Below the pieces are notes generated by a model. It did not search any database and was not told where the DNA came from. It saw only the letters and a program-made list of their open reading frames with translations. Position numbers and translations under genes: made by a program. This document shows positions 11,713 to 20,000 of a DNA stretch of 20,000 nucleotides, piece after piece. The DNA comes from Chiloscyllium plagiosum. Lineage: Eukaryota. Each line of letters begins with the position of its first letter. Position 1 is the first letter of the stretch. The DNA lies in contig NC_057757.1 of NCBI RefSeq assembly GCF_004010195.1, positions 9,217,708 to 9,237,707 on the forward strand, in the 5' to 3' direction.

Positions 11713-11921
11713 TGAAAATGTGTTGCTGGAACAGCGCAGCAGGTCAGGCAGCATCCAGGGAACAGGAGAATCGACGTTTCGGGCATAAGCCCTTCTTCAG
11801 GAAGGCTTATGCCCGAAACGTCGATTCTCCTGTTCCCTGGATGCTGCCTGACCTGCTGGGCTTTTCCAGCAACACATTTTCAGCTCTGATCTCCAGCATC
11901 TGCAGACCTCACTTTCTCCTC
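11713..11921 (+). mobile_element. Palindromic non-autonomous Penelope-like (pLTR-derived) insertion with 15-bp TSD
   Basis: TSD GAATATCTCACTAGC at 11698-11712 and 11922-11936. Inverted arms 11710-11791 and 11804-11885 (80/82 complementary) around a 12-nt spacer, then a unique 36-nt tail. Removing it restores gag SRASEIFTSL. Confidence 0.85.
11768..11803 (-). ncRNA. Minimal type I hammerhead ribozyme-like motif
   Basis: Minus strand reads UUC-CUGAAGA-A-GGGC-UUAU-GCCC-GAAAC-GUC-GAUUC: CUGANGA box, 4-bp stem II, GAAA box, palindromic ACGU stem III, GUC cleavage triplet. Stem I is weak in this copy. Confidence 0.6.
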
Positions 11922-12456
11922 GAATATCTCACTAGCCCTACTGACAAATTTTGTTTGGATCAACAAAACCCACATTGCCACTGGCAATTGCATTTGTTTA
12001 GCCACCTTTTCAAATGAGATGAAAAAGGCTTCCACATCCTTCTCATCAAATTGAGGCAATGCCTGAACATACGTAACCAGTTTCTCACTCGGCTCCTGAC
12101 CACCAGGGGCTTGCTCATCCTCACTCTCCTCCTCACTAAGCCTACCCTCAGCCTTTATCTCCAGCCTTTTCAGCTGACTTTCCTTTTTAAGTGTCAGTTT
12201 TTGAAGTTCAAAAGCTCTCTCTTTTTATTTCTCTGCTCTCATTCCCCCTCTTTTCTGCTGCTGCTCTCTTTTTCCCTCTCTTCTGCTTTTGATCATAACT
12301 CAAACTGTCCCATTTCTGCTGCCTTTTCCTTATCTGTCCCCTCTAACTCAAGCTGCTTCACTGGCAGTTGTATTCTTGCCATCTCGATAGATTCTGATGA
12401 TTTCTCTGGCATTTTTAAATGCTGAGCTACTGCTGTAATTATCTCTCCTTTCCTCA

Positions 12457-12596
12457 CATAGCACATAGAACATTACAGCGCAGTACAGGTCCTTCGGCCC
12501 TCGATGTTGCGCCAACCTGTCATACCAATCTGAAGCCCATCTAACCTACACTATTCCATGTACGTCCATATGCTTGTCCAATGACGACTTAAATGT
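12457..12596 (-). mobile_element. Short 3'-tail fragment of a young CR1/HER1-type LINE nested in gag
   Basis: (catagaa)n-type tail plus acagcgcagtacaggtccttcggccctcgatgttgcgcc; about 7 differences in ~110 nt from 15001-15117. Confidence 0.85.
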
Positions 12597-12786
12597 CCAA
12601 TCCAGTCAGGTCAGCTAATTCCTGCAATTTGGTCTTATTCACCTTTTGCAAAACTTCCAAGGCCACTGCGTCCACATCCAGTAAACTTCTGATGACTGAA
12701 AGAGCCATTACTGTCCCAAACTTTGTCTACCCAACCAAACCAACACCCGAAATCAAGACACTAGTACCTACCACTTGCTGTTTAAA

Positions 12787-12805
12787 ATCCCACAAAGAGC
12801 CCTCA
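12787..12805 (-). promoter_or_regulatory. Degenerate primer-binding site, tRNA-Pro-like
   Basis: Minus strand TGAGGGCTCTTTGTGGGAT versus canonical tRNA-Pro PBS TGGGGGCTCGTCCGGGAT; 3 nt after the inferred LTR end and ~80 nt before the gag ATG. Confidence 0.6.
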
Positions 12806-12808
12806 GTC

Positions 12809-13460
12809 TATTATGGACTAGGCCAGACCACTCAGAACATTTTTAAGATGGCAGCCCCAGACCATAACTTTGCAATTTGTTTTGGTCAGTGGACAGTGAA
12901 AATTACCCAGATTAAGTTAGCTAGGTTGACTACTAGATTTTAAAACAGACAAAACATTATTCACAAAATTACACAATGAAACACAAAGAACAGAATAAAA
13001 AACCCCGACAGAACTCAAGCAATCCAACTAGACTGAATTATGCTGTTTCCAAATAGACACAACAGTCCCAATAAGCAAACTCCCTTTAAAACCCAGTATA
13101 AATGGAACACATGCTTACAGGTTGAAGATGAAGGGCAGAAAAGAGAGAGTTTCCACACAGCTCACTGTTGAGCTCCTCACCAGTTCAAAACTGAACTAAA
13201 AACTGCTCAGCTCAGCTAGAGAGCTGACCACTCTCCTTTCATTATACAGGTCACTTCTAAGACATGACCACTTTGGCCTGAAGTCTCATTTGTTTACATA
13301 TAAACAAAAGGCCCCTCAAAACCCTTTTCATCTCTGTACCAAACCAGACTGATCGGAGCCCGGCCCGGTTTATTGCCCCTCTAAAAAAAAAGCCAAGGAC
13401 ACAGAGTCAATTTGAGCTCAGGAACAGCTTTTAGAAAAAAAAGGGACTAGCTTTGTGACA
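12809..13460 (-). repeat. Putative 5' LTR (~650 bp)
   Basis: Starts TGTCACA exactly where CR1 homology stops (13461 onward), ends ...CCATAATA (likely decayed ..ACA) just before the PBS; non-coding. No second LTR is visible to confirm boundaries. Confidence 0.65.
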
Positions 13461-13882
13461 CACTCTCTGTAAAACAAAATCCTTAGCCCCTCACATCTGG
13501 TTTGAACTTGCCCCTCTCACCTTAAAAGCGTGTCCCCCAGTCTTAAACATTTCAACTCTGGGAAAAATGTTCTGATTGCCAACTCTATCAAGCACCTCAT
13601 AATTTAACAGATTTTTATCAAATCTCCACCACAGCTTTTGCCACTGCCAATAACATACCCTGAGTTTTTCCAGCCTCTCTTTATAGCTCATACCCTCTCA
13701 TCCAGGCAGCATCCTGGGAAACCTCTTCTGTTCCCTCTTCAAGGTCTCCACACTCTTCCTGGCGTGGAATGGCCAGAATTGAATGCAATCGTCCAAGTGT
13801 GGCCTAACCAAAGTCTTACAAAGCTACAACGTGACATCCTGACTCTTGTACTCATTGCCCTGACTAATAAAAGTGAGCATGC

Positions 13883-14020
13883 TGGGTATATGAATAGGAA
13901 GGGTTTGGAGGGATATGGCCAGGTTCTGGCAGGTGGGACTAGATTGGGTTGGGATATCTGGTCGGCATGGACGGGTTGGGCTGAAGGGTCTGTTTCCATG
14001 CTGTACATCTCTATGACTCT
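13883..14020 (+). mobile_element. Short LINE 3'-tail fragment in opposite orientation inside LINE 2
   Basis: GYMNRKGLEGYG... then ctgaagggtctgtttccatgctgtacatctctatgactct; same family as the tail at 520-650; ATGC at 13879-13882 and 14021-14024 is a possible TSD. Confidence 0.85.
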
Positions 14021-15000
14021 ATGCCATATGCCTTCTTTACCATCCAATCTAATTGTGCGACCAACTTCAAGGAGGTATAGACTTGGACTGCAAGATCCCT
14101 CTGGACATCAATGTTGTTCAGGGTCCTGCCAAAACTGTATACTTTTTCTTCATATTTGATCTCTGAAAGTGCATCACCTCACTCTTACGCAGATTAAGCT
14201 TCATCTGTCATTACTCAGCACATATCTGCAGCTATATCCTTTGACAACCTTCCACACTATCCACAACCCCACCAATCTTTGTGTCATCTACAAATGTACT
14301 GAATCATCCCTCCACATTTTCAGCCAAGTAATTTATATACATCACAAACTGCAGAGGAACACCACTAGCCACAGACCTCCAGTCAGAGAAACACTCTTCC
14401 ACCACTACCCTCTGCCTTCTATGGTCAAGCCAATTCTCAATCCACATGGCCAAGTCACTATGGAAACCACGCACCTTAATCTTCTGGATGAGCCTATCAT
14501 GAGCGACCTTGTCGAAAGCCTTACTATAATCCATGTAGACAACATTCACTGCTCCACCCTCATTGATCACCTTTGTCACCTCCACGTAAAATCCAATCAA
14601 GTTAGTAAAACATGCCCTCCCTCACATAAAGCAATGCTGACTGTCCCTAATTAGGGCATGCTTTTCCAAATGCATGTAAATCCTATCCCTAAGAATTCTC
14701 TCCAATAACTTGAAAACCATCGATGTGAGACCCACAAATCTACAGTTTCCTGGATTATCCCTATTTCCCGTATTTGAACAGAGGAGCAACATTAGCTCCT
14801 TGCCAGTCCTCCAAGACCTCTCCAGTGGCTAGTGAGGGCACAAAGATCTTGGTCATGATCCCAGCAATCTCCTCTCTTGTGTCTCTCAATAACCTGGGGT
14901 AGATACCATCGGGCCCTGGGGACTTTTCCACCTTAATGCTTGTCAAGAGACCCAACACCATTTTCTTTCTTGATTTCAAAATGCCTGAGCACATGAGCAT

Positions 15001-15117
15001 ATAGAACATAGAATATTACAGCGCAGTACAGGCCCTTCGGCCCTCGATGTTGCGCGGACCTGTCATACCAATCTGAAGCCCATCTAACCTACACTATTCC
15101 ACGTACATCCATACGCT
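15001..15117 (-). mobile_element. Short 3'-tail fragment of a young LINE inside LINE 2
   Basis: atagaacatagaatattacagcgcagtacaggcccttcggccctcgatg..., near-identical to 12457-12596. Confidence 0.85.
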
Positions 15118-16847
15118 CCACACTAATCTCACCGTCCTCCATATCCTTCTCCTGGGTGATTACCGACATAAAGTATTCAGTTAGGATCTCACCCACATCT
15201 TCTCCCTCCAAACACAAGTTCCCTCCTTGACCCTGGAGTGGGCCTACCCTCTCTCTAGTTACTCTCTTGTTTTTAATGTATGTATAGAATATCTCGAGAC
15301 TCTCTCTAACCCTATTTGCCACGATCATTTCATGCTCCCTCCTCATTATCCTTATTCCCTGCTTGAGTACTCTCCTGCTTTCTTTATGTTCCTCATGGGC
15401 CCTGTCCGATTTTAGCCTAAAACTTACAAATGCTTCTGTTGTCCTTTTGACTAAAATCACAACCTCCCTCGTCATCCAAGGGACCCTTACCTTGCCATCC
15501 TTGTCCTTCCTCCTTCCTGGAACATGCTGGTCCTGGACTCTTGAACAGTAGGTCTTCAAACAGCTCCCACATGTCAAATGTGGACTTGCCTGAGAATCAC
15601 CCCCTCCCAATTAACCCTCCCTAGCTCCTGCCGAATACTGATGTAATGTGCCCTCCCCCCAATTTAGTACCTTCCTCCAAGGTCTTGACTTATCCTTATA
15701 GCTATCTTAAAATGCAAGGAGTTGTGATCACTGTTTGCAAAATGCACTCCCGCTGAAAGGTCAGTCACATGACCAGGCTCATTCACCAATACAGGGTCTG
15801 GTATGGCCCCTCCTTTAGTTGGACAGTCCACGCACTGTTTCAAGAAACCCTCTTGGATGCACTTAACAAATTCAACCCTGTCTCAGTCTCTTACTCTAAG
15901 GGAATCCCAGTCAATATTGGGGAAATTAAAGTCACCCACACCATGCTGTTATTGCATTTTTCCATAATCTGCCCACACGTCTGTTCCTCAATATCTTGGT
16001 GGCTGTTTGGGGGCCTGTCGTATAATCCCATCAAAGTGATTGCACCCATTTTATTTTTGAGCTCTCCCCATACTGCCTCAGGGGATTAGCTCTCCTGTGT
16101 GCCCTCTCTGACTGCAGATGTGACATTCCCCCTAGTTGGTCACACAGCTCCTCCACCTCTTCTATTCCCCCCCAGCCACCCGCCCCTCTCTATCTCATCC
16201 AAAACAACAAAACCCTGGAATTTTGAGCAGCCAGTCCTATCCCTCTCTCACCCAAGTCTCTGTAATGGCCACAACATCATAGTCCCATGTACTGATACAA
16301 GCTCTCAGCTCATCTGCATAACCTATAATAATCGTTGCTTTGATATAAACACGCTTCAGCCCATCAGTCCCATCGTGTTCATTTACCTGTCTCTGCCTGT
16401 CCTCCCCTTCCTAACATTGACCTTTCCCTCAATCCATCAACTTGCTGCTCTGGTTCCCAGACCCCTGCCACTCTCGGTTAAACCCTCCCTGTGAGGATAT
16501 TTATTCCCCCTCCAGTTTAGGTGCAACCCGTCGCTCTTGTACAGGTCACCCCTTGCCCCAGAAGAGATCCCAATGCTCCAGGAACCTGAAGCCCAGCCCC
16601 CTGCAGCAGCTCCTCGGCCATGCATTCATGATTGGCCAAGGAATTGAGCCGGTTGAGTGAAACAGAAAACTATAGGCTCCCCAAGGTCTCAAGGCCCGAG
16701 CGCATGTGAGGAATGGATCGGACACAGAAAGGAACCAACTCACCTTGGCCGTCTGCGTGGCTCCCAGCGCACTCGGGATTGTTCAGAGTCTTCAGGAGCC
16801 TCTCGTTTCCCAGGGTTGTGACATCTTTGTCGCTTTCTTTCTGAAAA

Positions 16848-17020
16848 GGTAGTGGAGGCCGAATATTTATAAGTTTGAGATAGATGCTCGACAAAGAAGG
16901 AGGCAAAAGGTTAACGGGGTTCGACAGGAACGAGATTTGAGGCTGTCATCAGGTCAGTCAGGATTTTGGCGAAGGCAGGGCAAACCCCAACAGCTGATTG
17001 GCCAACCCCTGGTTCATTAT
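16848..17020 (+). mobile_element. Old CR1-type LINE 3' fragment
   Basis: Degenerate gtggaggc..gaatatttataag..gagatagat..aaaggtta..tcaggtcagtca..tggccaacccctggttc, resembling CR1 3' ends. Confidence 0.5.
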
Positions 17021-17359
17021 CATCATTTATTGCTGAAAAGGGCGTAAGTCAGTTTACTTGTGGAACCAAACAGCACCCTTTCCTCATAAATTGTTGTGGT
17101 AGTTTGAAATTTCGCCCTTCTGCACGTGTCCTGATGAGCACAAGTTTCAGTAACGTGGCTCCCTCCTCAGCAAGATCTGTGGTGCAAAGTATGGGGACAA
17201 CAGCAATCCACTGGGGCCTAGTTTGGGAGGCTTGCTCGGTTATGGAAACCTGCCAGTGTCTCCCTCAAAATGCTGCAACTTCTCGGGAGGGTTGCAGTTG
17301 AACATTTGAAGAGGGGATTGGTAAGATTTTCTGTTCGATAAGGGTGTCACCTGGATACA

Positions 17360-17680
17360 GACACGAGATGAACAGTGTAGATAGTGAGAAGCTGTTCCCC
17401 ATGGCAGACATGTCTAAGGCCAGGGGCCCAATTTGAAGGAGAGGAGCAAGTAGTTTTGAGGGGACGTGAGAAAACACTTTTTCACCCAGTGGGTGGTCAA
17501 AATATCGAACATGCTGCTTGAGGGGAGTGATACAAACAGGTCGTCTCATAACATTTAAGAAACATCTACCTGAGCATTGGTAAGCAATATACCAAGTGCA
17601 GAAAAATGGGAGTTTAGTGTTTGTTGGTCAGCATAGACATGGTGGGCTGAAGGGACTGTTTCCCTGCCGTATGACTCCCT
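17360..17680 (+). mobile_element. Old CR1-type LINE 3' fragment
   Basis: VDSEKLFP, gtgagaaaacactttttcacccagtgggtggt (FFTQ motif), tail catggtgggctgaagggactgtttccctgccgtatgactc. Confidence 0.75.
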
Positions 17681-18845
17681 GACGTATGAGGAGAGATTGA
17701 ATCAGTTAGAACGGTATTCCCTGGAGTTTCGAAGAATGAGGAGTGATCACATAGAAAATGAGAAAACTCTATCAGGATTGGACAGGGTAAAGAAAGTAAG
17801 GATGTTCCAGATGACCAGGTAGTCCAGAACCAGGTGTCAACAGTTTATGGATCAGGGTTAGGACTGAGGTGAGGGAACAGTGAGCCTGTGGGATGTGAGA
17901 CCAGAATATTAAACGTTTTCAAAAAGGAGTTAGACACAGTCCTTGGGGCTAAAGGGATTAAACGATACAGAAAGGAGAACAGTACAGCACAGGAACACGC
18001 CCTTTGGCCCACGATGTTGTGCCGAAGATGTCACCAAATTAAACTAATCCCTTCTGCCAGCCCTTGCTCCATATCCCTCCATTCCCTGCATATTCATGTG
18101 TTTTTCTAAAAGCCTGTTAAATGCCCCTATCATATCTGCCTCCACCACCACCCCCGCGCAGGGTGTTTCAGACTCCTACCTCTCTCTGCGTTAAAACAAC
18201 TTGCCCCTCACACCTTAAATGCATTCCGCCTAGTTTTAGACATTTCAACTCTGGGAAAAGATTCCAATCGTCTACCCTATCCATGCATCTCTCTGGACTT
18301 CTATTAAGCCTTCCCTCAGCCTTCGCCGCCCCCCCCCACCCACCTCCGGCGAAAACATCCCGAGTTTTTCGCCCCTCTCCCGATACCTCACACCCTCTAA
18401 TCCAGGCAGCATCTTGGTAAACCTTTTCTGCGCCCTCTCCAAAGCCTCTACATCCTTCCTGTAACGTGGTGACCAGAACTGAACACAAAGTAAGGCTTAA
18501 CCAAAGTCCTCTAAAGCTGCAACATGACTTTTTGACTCTTGTACTCAATATCCAGACCAAGAAAGGAAAGCATGCCATACGCCTTCTTCACCACCCTATC
18601 GACTTGTGTGGCCACTTTCAGGGAGCTGTGCACTTGAACCCCAAGGTCCCTGTGTATCTCAATGCTGTTCAGGGCCCTGCCATTATCTGTATACTTTCCT
18701 TAACATTTGATCTCCCAAAGTACAGCACCTCACACTAGCCCAGTTGAATCTCCATCTGCCCACATGCGGAGAAAAGGGAAACCGGATTCTGAGTTAGATG
18801 GCTCAGCCATAAATGGAGGAACAGGCCAGAAGGGCCAAATTCCAT
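17680..18845 (+). mobile_element. CR1-type LINE 3' fragment split by a nested insertion (17680-17970 and ~18765-18845)
   Basis: LTYEERLNQLERYSLEFRRMRSDHIE, LNVFKKELDTVLGAKGIK; the tail resumes after the nested element (ggagaaaaggg...tcagccat...gaagggccaaat). Confidence 0.7.
17976..18763 (-). mobile_element. CR1/HER1-type LINE 3' fragment (~790 bp)
   Basis: Homologous to 520-1320 and 13461-14215 (WSPRYRKDVEALERAQKRFTKML); tail gaacagtacagcacaggaacacgccctttggcccacgatgttgtgccga. Confidence 0.88.
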
Positions 18846-19085
18846 ATTTCAGTGTTAAGGTTAAGATCCATGTTGGGTTCAACAGGAGAACAGCCTCCAC
18901 ATCTCCCTTTTAGAGAGAGAGACATTCTCCCGCCCATTGTTCTGAATTGGCCCACATGGGGGTGTGGGTGGGAGAGGGGGAGTGCGGTGGGAGTTGCTGC
19001 CCATTTGTGGACAGTGCTGCGAAGGAATGGGTTGAGCAAGCCAACTGGTCTTTGGGCCTGTCGGAGATCAGCTCTGATGGCCTGC

Positions 19086-19410
19086 TGTCCCACACCCAGG
19101 TTCAGCAAACATCAACGACCGAAGTTTGTTGTGGAAACGGGACAGCGAGATGGCTGTTCTTGTGGAAGACACTGAGATGGAGGCATCTGTGATGGATGGT
19201 GAAGAATACCAAGCTGGAAGATTCGCCCGGCACCTTCGACTCCAGTGTGTCCCACACCCAGGTTCAGCAAACATCAACGACCGAAGTTTGTTGTGGAAAC
19301 GGGACAGCGAGATGGCTGTTCTTGTGGAAGACACTGAGATGGAGGCATCTGTGATGGATGGTGAAGAATACCAAGCTGGAAGATTCGCCCGGCACCTTCG
19401 ACTCCAGTGT
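19086..19410 (+). repeat. Perfect 162-bp tandem duplication covering the acceptor and most of the PLD exon
   Basis: 19086-19247 equals 19248-19409 with no mismatch found; the period is a multiple of 3. Confidence 0.96.
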
Positions 19411-19415
19411 ATCAA
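19100..19415 (+). CDS. PLD1: Phospholipase D (PLD1/PLD2 family) internal exon, C-terminal half of the second HKD catalytic motif; internally duplicated
   Basis: Encodes (G)[50 protein letters not shown](K), matching from memory human PLD1 [52 protein letters not shown]. Acceptor cccAG at 19098-19099 (copied at 19260-19261), donor GTAAGT at 19416; single-copy exon 19262-19415 is 154 nt. PLD1 versus PLD2 is not resolvable from this exon alone. Confidence 0.88.
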
Positions 19416-19464
19416 GTAAGTGAGTTGATCCATCTTTCCTTTCCTTTAACTCCCTGAAGGGATG

Positions 19465-20000
19465 TTGGTATCCAGTTGGCTGGCATTGACTGCCTGTCCC
19501 TAGTTGCCCTTGAGAGGGTAGCAGTGAGCTGTGTTCTTGAACGGCTGCAGCCCATCTGCCATTACGGATGGAATTCCAAGAGTTTGACCCAGCGATACTG
19601 AAGAAACAGCGATATATTTCCGAGTCAGGACGGTGTGTGGTTTGGAGGGGAACTTGCAGGGGGGAGTGTTTCCATGTATCTGCTGCCCTTGTCCTTTGAG
19701 GTGCAAGTGGTCAAGGCTTTGGAAGGTGTTTTCTGAGGAGCCTGGGGGACTGTCAGAAGTGTGTCTTGTCGATAGTACACCCTGTTGCTGCTGAGCGTCG
19801 ATGGTGGAGGGAATGAATGTTTCTGGATGCCACGCCAATGAAGTCAGTTGCTTTGTCCTGGATGGGGTTGAGTTTCTTGAGTGTGGTTGGAGCTGCACCT
19901 ATCGAACTGGGTGGGGAGTCTTCTATCAAACCCCTGACCTGTGCTTTACAGACGGTGGACAGGCTTTGGGAGTCAGGAGGTGAGTTACTCACCAATCCCT
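19465..20000 (-). mobile_element. 3' part of a different non-LTR (CR1/L2-group) LINE, running off the window
   Basis: LSTVCKAQVRGLIEDSP..APTTLKKLNPIQDKA..IHSLHHRRSAA resembles the post-RT YKAQVR..EY..LD.IQ.KA..SL.HRR region of LINE ORF2. Confidence 0.8.

Larger units (their letters stand above)
10571..12708 (-). pseudogene. Retrotransposon gag (coiled coil, SCAN-like capsid, CCHC knuckle) and aspartic protease, disrupted
   Basis: MALSVIRSLLDVDAVALEVLQKVNKTKLQELAD; PQFDEKDVEAFFISFEKVAKQM; AYELVPDAYRQRFRNL; REVIILTEFRNSLPEVVRTHV; CFQCHKVGHTKSQC; DTG at 10909-10917; QFVLANDI. Confidence 0.88.
7796..13460 (-). mobile_element. Gypsy-superfamily LTR retrotransposon, Gmr1-like (gag-PR-INT-RT-RH), decayed; 3' end lost in the gap
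   Basis: In order on minus: 5' LTR, PBS, gag (ATG 12708), CCHC knuckle CFQCHKVGHTKSQC, protease LKDTGSS, integrase (HEQPLGGH...CQMFHTC, IDCIGPLP, QSDQGSNF, YHPES, FSPFELIFG, HVNMLKRY), RT (PIKQHPYR, SDWSSLIVMVPK, AFVTPNGLYQFKVMSFGMK, YIDD), RT-RNase H junction (LTSSPVLATLDYTKPFKVAIDAS). Confidence 0.93.
13461..16629 (-). mobile_element. Second CR1/HER1-type LINE, 5'-truncated and decayed; 3' end interrupted by the Gypsy element
   Basis: ORF1 SGNH-esterase end (MNAWPRSCCRGLGFRFLEHWDLFWG..DLYKSDGLHLNWRG), EN region, PWMTREV, FYTYIKNKRVTRERVGPL, KSPGPDGIYPRLL, WQGANVAPLFK, VVYMDYSKAFDKVAHDRLIQK, WIENWLDHRRQRVVV, SYKERLEKL. Confidence 0.92.

Noticed and set aside
11710..11885. Long hairpin as a pre-miRNA, terminator or DNA-transposon MITE
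   Set aside because: The asymmetric tail, 15-bp TSD and hammerhead core fit a Penelope-type inverted insertion better; the context is eukaryotic.
7796..12708. Ty1/copia assignment based on INT-before-RT order
   Set aside because: RT and integrase motifs (PIKQHPYR, F.VM.FG, YIDD, YHPES, SPFELIFG) are Gypsy-type.
13638..14654. Plus-strand ORFs of 173 and 161 aa, and similar antisense ORFs over LINE and gag regions
   Set aside because: Shadow frames on the opposite strand of decayed TE coding sequence, some spanning nested-insertion junctions.
18803..19192. Overlapping 61-120 aa ORFs upstream of the PLD exon
   Set aside because: GC-richer intronic sequence with no recognisable PLD or other homology before the acceptor at 19099.
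19086..19410. CRISPR-like or prokaryotic system from repeats here and at 3612-3973
   Set aside because: Simple two-copy duplications without repeat-spacer arrays or cas genes; vertebrate DNA.

Overview
Eukaryotic, repeat-dense vertebrate DNA. The tRNA-derived HE1-type SINEs and CR1/HER1-type LINEs point to a cartilaginous fish, probably a shark (inference). A 500-N scaffold gap lies at 7296-7795. Main contents: two long decayed 5'-truncated CR1-type LINEs (minus strand, ~510-3710 and 13461-16629); a decayed Gypsy LTR retrotransposon of the Gmr1 type (minus, 7796-13460) with the unusual gag-PR-INT-RT-RH order, a SCAN-like capsid and a degenerate tRNA-Pro PBS, inserted into the second LINE and carrying three nested insertions; several short LINE/SINE fragments; and one recognisable host exon (phospholipase D1/D2, GSANINDRS region) that is perfectly tandem-duplicated in frame (162 bp). 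The most interesting signal is a 209-bp palindromic, Penelope-like non-autonomous insertion with a minimal hammerhead-ribozyme core and a 15-bp TSD (11713-11921). Its exact 18-nt terminus recurs alone at the junction of a 173-bp tandem duplication (3612-3973), suggesting this family can generate local duplications. There is also a divergent head-to-head pair of paralogous, unidentified exon-like segments (1-445 and 6790-7295). All family assignments come from motif recognition, not database searches.
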